Source: a virus. From it: 64,000 nucleotides of DNA. The notes beneath the pieces are model-generated. The model was not told where the DNA came from and ran no database searches. It saw only the letters and a list, made by a program, of their open reading frames with translations. How positions within the stretch are numbered: position 1 is the first letter of the stretch; each line of letters opens with the position of its first letter. Positions 38,298 to 47,645 of the stretch are shown piece by piece. The DNA is taken from the IMG/VR virus record IMGVR_UViG_3300013119_001061; one strand, given 5' to 3'. Both the position numbers and the translations under genes were made by a program.

Positions 38298-38705
38298 ATG
38301 GATATCCCTGGTCTTAATATACAGATACCTGCAGTTAATCCTCAAGTATCACCACAGAATATATCTAAGAGTTTCCAGGATGTCCTTAGTGAAGGTTCGT
38401 CTTCTTCTACAATAGGTAATATATCTTCCACCCAAAAGATGACAGAAGTCACACCTACACCAAAACTCCGAGTAGACAAAACAGAAAATACAAACTTCAA
38501 TAAAATATTCTCAGGTTTGATATCTGGGCAAGGGAAACTCGACAAAATAATCAAGCTTGCAACCTCAGGAAAGTCATTCAGTCCTACCGAACTACTTGCA
38601 ATTCAAGCAGGAGTTTATAAATTCAGTCAGGAACTTGAATTAACTTCAAAGGTGGTCGAAAAAGCAACTGATGGTGTTAAACAGACTTTACAGACTCAGG
38701 TATAA
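38298..38705 (+). CDS. T3SS inner-rod protein-like (SctI/YscI/HrpB2)
   Basis: SPTELLAIQAGVYKFSQELELTSKVVEKATDGVKQTLQTQ matches the SctI C-terminal consensus. Confidence 0.72.
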   Translation: MDIPGLNIQIPAVNPQVSPQNISKSFQDVLSEGSSSSTIGNISSTQKMTEVTPTPKLRVDKTENTNFNKIFSGLISGQGKLDKIIKLATSGKSFSPTELLAIQAGVYKFSQELELTSKVVEKATDGVKQTLQTQV

Positions 38706-38756
38706 ATCTTTCCTCGCATAGGGTATATTTATTAATACCTTCCTCGGAGTGTGTAT

Positions 38757-39203
38757 ATGCAAATCAAGTTAAATGAATTACGTCAAATAATTCGAGAAGA
38801 ACTAAGCAGAATCAATGAATCATCTGAACATGATCACGAAACGATTTGGGATAAAGCTGACGAAATGTTAAAGTCAGAACTATCTCCTGACGAGATAAGT
38901 CAGTTTATGGGTCTTGCTGCACTTTACGATGAAGGAAAAACATATACAGAAATTCAAGGTTGGCTTCGGTTTAGGCCTCAAATAAAGAGGCTTTTAATTT
39001 CAGCTGCTTTAGGAAACAAACCTAAATCAGTTAAAAAACATTTAAACCGTTTGTCAAAATATTTAGATGAGTATTTAAAAGTATCAAATCAATCTATTGA
39101 CGACCTTCAAGATGACGGCTGGGATTCTTTCGTTGGAATATCTGAAGAAATTATGTCTAATCCAATGAGTGCATCATTTTTAAAAAGGCGATGGAAGTCG
39201 TAA
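38757..39203 (+). CDS. Hypothetical protein with N-terminal leader
   Basis: MQIKLNELRQIIREELSRINE; ATATTTA at 38725. Confidence 0.6.
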   Translation: MQIKLNELRQIIREELSRINESSEHDHETIWDKADEMLKSELSPDEISQFMGLAALYDEGKTYTEIQGWLRFRPQIKRLLISAALGNKPKSVKKHLNRLSKYLDEYLKVSNQSIDDLQDDGWDSFVGISEEIMSNPMSASFLKRRWKS

Positions 39204-39209
39204 GATACG

Positions 39210-39884
39210 ATGCCTAATATGAAACTAATAATGGAAAACTGGCGTGGGTTCCTAAAAGAATCCAAACACGACGTCAAAGTTCGTCACTTATCATTCGAAA
39301 TGATGCAATATATCAAATCAGGTGAAACAGAAGATCCATTCATAACTGACATAACAATCAAAAACCACAATCTAATCGATCCTGACGACGAGTTTGATGA
39401 CCCTGAAACCTGGGACGACGTTGAGGTCACACTTGATGTCCTCCGAGATCCAGAGTGGGGAATTCCGTTCACATTAAACGGAGGAGCTTCAGGCGATGCT
39501 ATCGAACTAAACTTGACAATAAATCCAGAATACGAACCAAACATCTGGTCAGATATCAATATCGAACTCCACGATGCCATCCGACACGAAATAGAGCATA
39601 TAACCCAGGATAGAAATCCAAGTAAAGGGCTAAAAGATTCACATCAGGAAAGCACACTTCCATATGCAGAATATCTTTTACTCCCACACGAAATACCGGC
39701 CTTCGTTAACGGCTTCAATGCCAGAAGGAAAAAAATGAAATCTACTTTAACTCAAGCTATAGATGATTTCTTGGTCAAGCATAGGGCAATGTTCACAAAC
39801 GGCAAAGAAGACAAAGAAATAAAAAGAGTTAGACAGGTATGGCTCGACTGGGCAAAAGAAAACTTGCCTAACACACCAATGTAA
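39210..39884 (+). CDS. HExxH zincin-like protein with N-terminal leader
   Basis: MKLIMENWRGFLKE; RHEIEHITQ..HEIPA. Confidence 0.6.
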   Translation: MPNMKLIMENWRGFLKESKHDVKVRHLSFEMMQYIKSGETEDPFITDITIKNHNLIDPDDEFDDPETWDDVEVTLDVLRDPEWGIPFTLNGGASGDAIELNLTINPEYEPNIWSDINIELHDAIRHEIEHITQDRNPSKGLKDSHQESTLPYAEYLLLPHEIPAFVNGFNARRKKMKSTLTQAIDDFLVKHRAMFTNGKEDKEIKRVRQVWLDWAKENLPNTPM

Positions 39885-39916
39885 GATATTTATTAAATGA
39901 CTTCCGGGATTTTATT

Positions 39917-41122
39917 ATGACACTAAATGAAAATGACTTGCGATTGCTAATTAGATCTATTCTGCAAGAGCAAGAAGAGCCTGAAGAAGAAGAAGCGCTC
40001 GAAGTAGAGAAAGAAGATTTGACGCCGTTCGAGATGTCAACAGTTGCAAAAAACAAAGCAGCTATTTTCATACAAGTGCTGAAGTCATTAGGGCTCCCGG
40101 TCAGAGACAAACATGTTAAAGCAAGTATAAAATCTGGAGGCGAAATTCGGGTAGCAATAGATCAGGATGTTACAGAGCCCAAAACTGAAAAAGAGCTCCT
40201 GACTTTCGTCGAACTAGCATTCCAAAAAATACTAGGTAGAGATGTCGAAGTCGAAGTTCTCTCTCCGAATGAGGGAAGAAATACTAGCGGAACATATGCA
40301 GGATACAGTGTTGAAGGGCAACCACTAATTTCATTTGGGAATTCTGGATTTGGAAAATCGCAACGGGCCGGAGGGTTCGAATATGAAACAAGAATGGCAG
40401 AATTCCTTAAGGATGAAAACATAGACTTTAAAGCTGACGACAACATGAAGACGTCAGACATAGAGATAAACGGAATTATGATCGAACTCAAAAAACAAGA
40501 TGCCGATGGTGGTTCACCAGCTCTTGTGTATGACTTCAACAAATCAGAATTTTATCCGAAGCGTAGCTCAAGTGCAAATAATTACCTTGTAGATATGATC
40601 AACTCAACATTTGACAAAGAAGAGACAAAGCGAAAACTTGATATCATCAAAAACAAAATCAACCTCGACGCTGCTACGCTCCAGTCAGTCACTATGGAGC
40701 AGTTTGAAACAATAGTTCAGCCTTTTCTAGAAAAAGAGGCAAATCAAAATGTATCTAATTCAAAAATTACCTCTGAAGACATAGCGATGTACTATAGAGA
40801 AAAAGGGGCTAAGTTTATTCAAATACGGGGCAAGGGATTATATCATATAGATGAAAAAAATGCTGCAACCCTAGGTGACGGAAGGAAGACATCGCTGTTT
40901 ACTTTCCCGGACGACGTCGGTGCAGCAGTTACTTTTAGAAACTATCACGGTGCTCGCGCCCTCCGCCCAAGAATAAAGGGAAGTGCATTCAAGAAGCCGG
41001 AAAACTCTCCCGTTAGCCTCGACAATCCTGAAGATCGTAAGCTTTTTGCAGCCTGGGCTGAGAAACAAAACCTCAACGAATCTACACAAAATCGCTGGGA
41101 ACTTTTAGCGGGAATTAAGTAA
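39917..41122 (+). CDS. Putative PD-(D/E)xK nuclease-fold virion protein
   Basis: GFEYE..SDIEI..IELKK; leader ENDLRLLIRSILQE and C-terminal LNE..RWELLAGIK. Confidence 0.5.
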   Translation: MTLNENDLRLLIRSILQEQEEPEEEEALEVEKEDLTPFEMSTVAKNKAAIFIQVLKSLGLPVRDKHVKASIKSGGEIRVAIDQDVTEPKTEKELLTFVELAFQKILGRDVEVEVLSPNEGRNTSGTYAGYSVEGQPLISFGNSGFGKSQRAGGFEYETRMAEFLKDENIDFKADDNMKTSDIEINGIMIELKKQDADGGSPALVYDFNKSEFYPKRSSSANNYLVDMINSTFDKEETKRKLDIIKNKINLDAATLQSVTMEQFETIVQPFLEKEANQNVSNSKITSEDIAMYYREKGAKFIQIRGKGLYHIDEKNAATLGDGRKTSLFTFPDDVGAAVTFRNYHGARALRPRIKGSAFKKPENSPVSLDNPEDRKLFAAWAEKQNLNESTQNRWELLAGIK

Positions 41123-41172
41123 TAAATTTAAAAGACATGTGTTATAATCTTTCATAACGTATAGGAGAAAGC

Positions 41173-42015
41173 GTGAAAATCCAAGAGACTCTTGCCTACG
41201 AAGATGTTCTACTCGTCCCCCAATACTCAGACATTAAATCCCGATCAGAATGTGACACATCAGTCACTCTCGGCTCCGGAGTCAATCTCAAGCTACCCAT
41301 TATTGCATCATGCATGGACACGGTGACTGAAGCTGAGATGGCTGCAGCAATCGGTCTTATGGGTGGCCTCGGCGTCATCCACCGGTATAATTCGCCAGAG
41401 GAACAAGCACAGCAAGTAATAAAAGCAATACAATTATCAGAGCATGAGGCACCTATTGCCGCAGCGATTGGAGTAACAGATGACTATTTTCACCGAGCAG
41501 ACCTTCTTGTTAATGCTGGAGCCTCTGCTCTTTGCATTGATGTGGCACATGGTCACCACATTCTCGTAAAAGAGGTGCTAGAGGAGCTTCGTGCTACTCT
41601 GGGTGAGGATTTTTGCTTGATTGCAGGTAATGTTGCCACCCTCGAGGGAATTAACGACCTCGCTGATTGGGGGGCTAACGCAGTACGCTGCAACATCGGC
41701 GGAGGCTGCTTTGTTCCGGGTACAAAAGTTCGAACTGAAAACGGTTTAAAGAATATTGAAAATGTTAAAGTCGGTGATAGAGTCTATACACATACAGGAA
41801 ATCTAAAGCCAGTTATTGATACATTAGCTTTTGATAGAAGTGAAGCAATAACTGTGATTAACGATATTGAATGTACATCAAATCATGAATTTTATGTCGT
41901 AAACAGAGAAGATGTCGAACTTATCAATGAAAACAATATTCACGAGTATGCAAAGTGGATCGCAGCATATGATCTAGACGAACAGCAACATCTTTTAATA
42001 AAAACATTGGAATAG
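41173..42015 (+). CDS. guaB: IMP dehydrogenase/GMP reductase N-fragment + split-intein N-half (41707-42012, 102 aa)
   Basis: DVLLVP, MDTVTE, IDVAHGH, AGNVAT, NIGGG|CFVPGTKV..CTSNHEF. Confidence 0.92.
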   Translation: MKIQETLAYEDVLLVPQYSDIKSRSECDTSVTLGSGVNLKLPIIASCMDTVTEAEMAAAIGLMGGLGVIHRYNSPEEQAQQVIKAIQLSEHEAPIAAAIGVTDDYFHRADLLVNAGASALCIDVAHGHHILVKEVLEELRATLGEDFCLIAGNVATLEGINDLADWGANAVRCNIGGGCFVPGTKVRTENGLKNIENVKVGDRVYTHTGNLKPVIDTLAFDRSEAITVINDIECTSNHEFYVVNREDVELINENNIHEYAKWIAAYDLDEQQHLLIKTLE

Positions 42016-42065
42016 GATCAAAATGTATCTACTTGTATATTTATATACATAGGGAGCCATATTCA

Positions 42066-43076
42066 ATGTGTAGTAAAGAAAAATATTGTAGAGAGTGCGG
42101 AGAATCAATATCGAGCAAAAAAACATTTTGCGATTCGATTTGCTATGAGAAAAATAGAAAAGTTGATGATATAAAAAAGTGCAATTATTGCAAAGAAGAC
42201 TTTGCTTGCCAGGGTTCTAGTCGGCTATACTGCTCTAAAGAATGCAGAACTAAAGGGACGAGAGTTAAAAATGGATATAAGAAAAAGCTCTGTCAAGAAT
42301 GCAAAGAAGAAATATTGGGCCGCGGCACCAAATACTGTTCAAACAAATGCAAAGGGCTAGCAAAGGCTGGCAAGAATAACTCATTTTATGGCAAGAAGCA
42401 CTCTAAAGAAACCAGGGAGAAGATAAGAAATGCTCTATCAGGAAAGCTATCCGGAGACAAAAATCCATTTTACGGCAAAATACACTCGGATGCTACAAAA
42501 CAGAAGATAATTGATGGAAACAAAAAATTTAGAGAAGAAAATAAAGTCTTAGTTCTTGAAAGAACACTGCGACGTCTAGGTTTGACTGAAAGCAAGCTGG
42601 AGGGCCTGTGGCACACGTATTCGACCACACTCGAGTTTAACCAGAGTGATCTTAAAAGACTCGCGGGCAACATAGACATAAGATCGATTAAAAAATATTT
42701 GTTCTTTTTTAATATAGTTGATGAAGATGAATTTGAAAAAACTGTGCATAAGAAAAAGATGGGTCGAGCCGGATCTTCCCCTGAGCGACGATTATATGAA
42801 ATGTTATGTGCTAAGTTTGGCAGGAGAAACATAAGTAGGCAATTTAAGATAGAGAGAAAGTTTTATGATTTTATAGTTTTTGGAAAATATTTGATAGAAT
42901 ATGATGGTTATTACTGGCATAATAATTCAAAATCAAGAGACGATATTAAGGATGACATTGCAAAAAGAAGTGGATATCCTTTGTATCGAGTAAAAGAGCC
43001 AAAAAATAGAAGCGTTGATTTTATTGATGAAATAGAAAAAATTGAAGGGTTTATAAATGAAGTTCGAATTAGTTGA
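42066..43076 (+). mobile_element. Free-standing homing endonuclease (Zn fingers, NUMOD3, Vsr/DUF559-like nuclease) between the IMPDH halves
   Basis: CxxC..CSxxC repeats, NSFYGKKHSKET, FYDF..IEYDGYYWH; GGGAG RBS before ATG 42066. Confidence 0.82.
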
Positions 43077-43668
43077 GTTTAAGAAGAGAATGAAGCACTA
43101 TGAGGGAAAAGTTCATGACTTAACAGTTGAGGATGATCACTCGTATAATGTTGACGGCATTGTAGTGCACAATTCAATCTGCTCAACTCGCATCCAGACC
43201 GGCCATGGCGTCCCAGGCCTGCAAACAATCTTTGACTGCTATCATACAGATCGAAACGTAGCAATCATTGCCGATGGCGGCATTAAAAACTCCGGAGATA
43301 TCGTAAAAGCTATTGCTGCAGGCGCTGACGCTGTAATGCTAGGTTCACTTCTCGCAGGGACCGACGAAGCTCCCGGAGATATTGTCTACGTCGACGGCGA
43401 GAAGAGAAAGACGTATAGGGGTATGGCCAGCCCCGAAGCACAGTTCAATTGGCGAGGAAGAGCAAGTAGTCTTGAGGGGATTTCAACCACAGTGGCACAT
43501 AAAGGCTCAGTGAGGGACATAGTTAGTAACCTAACACAAGGTTTGCGGAGTGGAATGTCATATTCAGGTGCTCGAACAATTACAGAGCTGCAACGACGTT
43601 CACAGTTTATCCGACAAACATCATCGGGAGCAAACGAAAGTGGAACACATATTCTCAATAATCACTAG
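43057..43668 (+). CDS. guaB: Split-intein C-half (39 aa, 43057-43173) + IMPDH C-fragment
   Basis: ..[52 protein letters not shown]. Confidence 0.93.
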   Translation: MKFELVEFKKRMKHYEGKVHDLTVEDDHSYNVDGIVVHNSICSTRIQTGHGVPGLQTIFDCYHTDRNVAIIADGGIKNSGDIVKAIAAGADAVMLGSLLAGTDEAPGDIVYVDGEKRKTYRGMASPEAQFNWRGRASSLEGISTTVAHKGSVRDIVSNLTQGLRSGMSYSGARTITELQRRSQFIRQTSSGANESGTHILNNH

Positions 43669-44371
43669 CTTTCTAGAGGTCATCGCACAAACGCTGGTCC
43701 CAAGGAAAGAAGCAGTCAAACTTAAGATAAAGAGCCTAGATAGTGTTGTAGAACCTGTCAAGGAGATTGAAGTGAAAAAGAAAGAACACAGGCAGCGATA
43801 TCTGTGGATCCTGGATAACGGTCACGGCCACACAACGCCCGGAAAGCGCTCGCCCAAAATGAACGACGACCGCCAACTATTTGAATATGCATTTAACCGA
43901 GATGTTGTAAGAAGAATTACAGCACAGCTGGATTCACATGGTGTCGCATATTTCAACTTAGTAAAGTCGGACGATGATATGTCATTGCCTATGCGTGTTG
44001 CTGCATCAACTGCAGCTGATGACCTAGGGCTTGCAAAACTATACATCTCAGTGCATGCAAACGCAGCAAGTGACAATTGGTCATCAGCATCCGGGGTTGA
44101 AACTTATTGCTGTCCCGGATCACCAACCGGTCATTCTTTGGCCGTGATATTCCAAAAACACATTGTTGAGCAAACTGGGTGGAAAGATCGAGGAGTCAAG
44201 AAAGCCAAGTTCTTTGTATTGAAAAAGACAACCATGCCCGCAATCTTAACTGAGAACGGATTCTTCACCAATCGAATCCAATGTGAACAAATGATGACAA
44301 ATGAGTATAAAGATAAAGTGGCATATGCACACGTCAAAGCAATACTAGAAATAGAAGAAAAGGGAATCTAA
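43640..44371 (+). CDS. N-acetylmuramoyl-L-alanine amidase (Amidase_3), probable endolysin
   Basis: LDNGHG, FE, SVHANA, ILTENGF. Confidence 0.88.
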   Translation: MEHIFSIITSFLEVIAQTLVPRKEAVKLKIKSLDSVVEPVKEIEVKKKEHRQRYLWILDNGHGHTTPGKRSPKMNDDRQLFEYAFNRDVVRRITAQLDSHGVAYFNLVKSDDDMSLPMRVAASTAADDLGLAKLYISVHANAASDNWSSASGVETYCCPGSPTGHSLAVIFQKHIVEQTGWKDRGVKKAKFFVLKKTTMPAILTENGFFTNRIQCEQMMTNEYKDKVAYAHVKAILEIEEKGI

Positions 44372-44559
44372 TGATTGAAATTGCGAATGAGAAAATCCTC
44401 AAGCTAGAGATCGCCAAGTTTTTGTGCGAGTTTCCAGAAAAGACTGTCAATCTAGACAGCGATGCTGCTGTAAGAATTATGTCATTTGAGCTCGCAAACT
44501 ATCTCGTCAAGTCATTCACACCCTCAGAAGAGGCAACACAGCTGCGGTTTGACTTTTAG
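44371..44559 (+). CDS. Hypothetical protein
   Basis: Coupled ORF. Confidence 0.5.
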   Translation: MIEIANEKILKLEIAKFLCEFPEKTVNLDSDAAVRIMSFELANYLVKSFTPSEEATQLRFDF

Positions 44560-44568
44560 GATCATCAT

Positions 44569-45141
44569 TTGAAATCACCGGAATTCAAGATATTTGTTGG
44601 CCCAATGTTTGGATCAAAGACAACCCGTCTAATGGGTGCTGTTGATCGATACAAGTATCAAAATAGAAATGTCATTGCATTTAAACCGAGAATCGACAAC
44701 AGGTATAACGATTCTGAGATCACGACCCATAATGGCGGCAAGATCGATGCAGTAATTGTTGACAATGCTGAGTGTATCTATCAATATCTCGCTGAGTCAG
44801 ATGAGATGTATGATGTCGTTGCTGTAGACGAAGCATTTATGATCGAAGGGATATCAGATGTTTTGCTCTGGTTGTTCAGCAAGGGAGTAACGGTTATTGT
44901 GTCTTCCCTTGATCTTGCAGCATCATGCAAACCGTTTGATGAGATTCAAGAGATGCTACCATGGGCCACACATATCGAAAAGTGCCCCGCTGTATGTCCA
45001 GTCAAAGATTGCGGCCAGGATGCTTATTATACCTATAAGAAAACGCAAGGTGGACCCGAGTTAGAAGTTGGTGGCGCAGAAATGTATGAACCGAGATGCT
45101 ACTCACACTACCCACAAATCAACAAGAGGGATTTTGAATGA
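44569..45141 (+). CDS. tdk: Thymidine kinase
   Basis: GPMFGSKT, VDEAF, C..C Zn site, VGGAEMYEPRC. Confidence 0.93.
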   Translation: MKSPEFKIFVGPMFGSKTTRLMGAVDRYKYQNRNVIAFKPRIDNRYNDSEITTHNGGKIDAVIVDNAECIYQYLAESDEMYDVVAVDEAFMIEGISDVLLWLFSKGVTVIVSSLDLAASCKPFDEIQEMLPWATHIEKCPAVCPVKDCGQDAYYTYKKTQGGPELEVGGAEMYEPRCYSHYPQINKRDFE

Positions 45142-46022
45142 TACCCAACCCTAGAGATGTTGACCTTGTCATCTATCATGCAAATTGCACTGACGGAATG
45201 GCAAGCGCATATTCAGCATGGAAACTGCTTGGCAATCGAGCTGAATATCTTCCATGCGCCCACGGCGGAACTATCCCAGAGGTCAAAGGAAAGAACGTAG
45301 CAATATGTGACTTTTCGTTTAAAAACGCTACAACAAAGAAGATGATCGAAGATGCCGAGTCGCTAGTAATACTCGATCACCACAAGTCAGCGATGGTTGA
45401 GCTGCATGATATCCCGGACGCAATCTTCAATATGGAGAAGTCAGGCGCAGTCATCACATGGGAATTCTTTCACCCTGGAAAAGAACCCCCAAAGTTTATA
45501 AAATATGTTCAAGACAGAGATCTTTGGACTTGGGCATTGCCACACTCGAGAGAGTTCTCAGCTGCTTTTGATATGATCCCGTTTGAGTTTGAGGCATTTG
45601 ACAACTTTCTCGATGATTCGGTATTTGATGATGCAGTTCGCCGAGGATCATATATTCTTGCATATTCAAAGACAGTGATCAAGAAGGTTGCATCAAAGGC
45701 TCTACCAAGAAAGCTATCCGGAAACGACGCACTGGTTGTAAACGCATCTCATTGGATGTCAGAAGTAGGATCAGCACTGTCGCCCCATTGTGATCTTGCT
45801 GTCATTTGGTATCACGACCACGAAGACAAGAAGATCAAGGTAAGCCTCAGGGCATTCCACGATAATATCGATGCATCAGAAATTGCCAAACAGTTCGGCG
45901 GCGGCGGCCACAAAGCCGCGGCAGGATTTACATACGAAGGCAACATCGAAGACCTGTTTGATAAGCCAAAACGGAAAGCAAAGAAGAAAAGTGAATCAGA
46001 AAAATCAAAAGACAATTCGTGA
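45138..46022 (+). CDS. DHH/DHHA1 phosphoesterase
   Basis: YHANCTDG, CDFS, LDHH, GGGGHKAAAG. Confidence 0.88.
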   Translation: MIPNPRDVDLVIYHANCTDGMASAYSAWKLLGNRAEYLPCAHGGTIPEVKGKNVAICDFSFKNATTKKMIEDAESLVILDHHKSAMVELHDIPDAIFNMEKSGAVITWEFFHPGKEPPKFIKYVQDRDLWTWALPHSREFSAAFDMIPFEFEAFDNFLDDSVFDDAVRRGSYILAYSKTVIKKVASKALPRKLSGNDALVVNASHWMSEVGSALSPHCDLAVIWYHDHEDKKIKVSLRAFHDNIDASEIAKQFGGGGHKAAAGFTYEGNIEDLFDKPKRKAKKKSESEKSKDNS

Positions 46023-46218
46023 ATCAATTCTCGTAGCTGCTGAGAATCTTAAGGGAAAGCTGCCACCCCATCCAAAGCATCCAACTGGAAGAAACGAATA
46101 TGCGCACATCCCCAAAGTTATCAAAGATATAACTGGTCATTCATATAAAGATCTGCCTGATGAGTATTTCAATATTGTAATGGAAATCATAGACAAATGC
46201 GAAAGGAATCCGTTTTGA
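45991..46218 (+). CDS. Hypothetical protein
   Basis: Probable GTG start at 45991; HPxHPxGRNxYAH motif. Confidence 0.55.
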   Translation: MNQKNQKTIRESILVAAENLKGKLPPHPKHPTGRNEYAHIPKVIKDITGHSYKDLPDEYFNIVMEIIDKCERNPF

Positions 46219-46631
46219 CAAAAGGAGATAGGCCTTCATGGGACGATGTATGGATGAGAGTGGCCCGAACAATCTCGGAAAGATCAGTCGATAAAAAGCA
46301 TCAAGTGGGGGCAGTGGTTGTAACAGAAGATAACACCCAGCTGCTTTCCCTGGGTTACAACGGTAACTACAAAGGGGGTCCAAATAGAACGGAATCTGAT
46401 CAACCTGGTGAATCTGGGCTTATACATGCAGAGGTCAATGCACTAATCAAGCTTGACTACAATAATCCGAAGGTCAAAAAGATGTATATATCCTTGTCGC
46501 CATGCAGAGCCTGTGCAAAGCTTATAGTAAACGCCGGAATATCAGAAGTTATATATGGAATTTTGTATAGGGACGCCACAGGGCTTGATATTCTCAGAGA
46601 AGCAGGAATTAAAATAAGATATTATGGTTAG
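46215..46631 (+). CDS. dCMP deaminase
   Basis: RPSWD, GYNG, HAEVNA, SPCRAC. Confidence 0.9.
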   Translation: MTKGDRPSWDDVWMRVARTISERSVDKKHQVGAVVVTEDNTQLLSLGYNGNYKGGPNRTESDQPGESGLIHAEVNALIKLDYNNPKVKKMYISLSPCRACAKLIVNAGISEVIYGILYRDATGLDILREAGIKIRYYG

Positions 46632-46682
46632 TGATGCATTAAGCTGGAAAGCATCATATTTATAATCACGCAGGAGAGTAAT

Positions 46683-46949
46683 ATGTCGATTATGCTTACA
46701 AGAGAAAGAATTCTTAAGATTATTGAAGAAGAAAAGCAAAAATTAAAAGATGATAAATGTGATAGTAATAAGCATAATCTCGGAAAATCTCCCGATTTAA
46801 TAGATAGAGGCCTAAGAGTTTGTTGTAAAAAAAGTAGCAAAGAATATCATGTTACTAAAAAAACAGATGATGGCTTCGTCCTCTCAGGACCTGAGGGTCG
46901 AAAAAAAGTCACAACAAAAGAATTAATGAATAGCTATAAGTTAGGTTAA
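46683..46949 (+). CDS. Hypothetical protein with N-terminal leader
   Basis: LTRERILKIIEEE; ATATTTA at 46656. Confidence 0.55.
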   Translation: MSIMLTRERILKIIEEEKQKLKDDKCDSNKHNLGKSPDLIDRGLRVCCKKSSKEYHVTKKTDDGFVLSGPEGRKKVTTKELMNSYKLG

Positions 46950-46955
46950 AACTAT

Positions 46956-47642
46956 ATGAAAAAATCAGATGTAGCAAAAAATATACGCGAATCTTTAGGG
47001 ATTAATAATGACAAAATGCTAGAAGAGTCTTTGGTTGTTCAACCCAAACCTTTTTCCATCCCCACTGAGTCACTATCAGGAAAAAATATACGAAATCATT
47101 ATAGTCTGTATGAGCAATATACAAAAGACTTTAATCAAATAAGCGCTGAGCTTGATGCAGCAGATAGAAATACTGCTTCATCTAACACATCTAAGTTTCG
47201 AAGTTTAAAAATTGATGAAACTTATAATCTAAACGCTACATATTTGCATGAACTTTATTTTGCTAATATTGGCGATCTTCAAAGTGAAATTACAATGGAT
47301 ACGCTTTCATTTATGCGCCTTGAAAGAGACTTTGGAAGTTTCGATGATTGGCAAAGAGACTTTGTAGCATGTGCAAAAGCTTCTCGATGCGGCTGGGTTA
47401 TAACCGGATTTAATGTCTATACACATACATACATGAACTATGTGATTGACTTACATTCTGTCAATGTTCCTGTGGGCGTAATCCCAGTCATAGCAATGGA
47501 TGTATGGCAGCACGCATACTATAGTGATTATTTAAAAGACGTGGCAAGCTATACAGTCAATATGATGAAAGAACTAAACTGGAACGTAATTGAGCAAAGA
47601 TTTAAAAGAGCAGATGAAATAGCTCAGATCATGAGAGGCTAA
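46956..47642 (+). CDS. Fe/Mn superoxide dismutase-like protein
   Basis: NHY, LHELYF, FGSFDDW, GW, MDVWQHAYY. Confidence 0.82.
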   Translation: MKKSDVAKNIRESLGINNDKMLEESLVVQPKPFSIPTESLSGKNIRNHYSLYEQYTKDFNQISAELDAADRNTASSNTSKFRSLKIDETYNLNATYLHELYFANIGDLQSEITMDTLSFMRLERDFGSFDDWQRDFVACAKASRCGWVITGFNVYTHTYMNYVIDLHSVNVPVGVIPVIAMDVWQHAYYSDYLKDVASYTVNMMKELNWNVIEQRFKRADEIAQIMRG

Positions 47643-47645
47643 AAA

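Noticed and set aside
36001-38705. Bacterial chromosomal origin of the window because of T3SS-like, groEL and clpB genes
   Set aside because: Flanking genes, promoter motifs, the inserted homing endonuclease and single-strand dense organisation are all phage-like, and no T3SS apparatus genes are present
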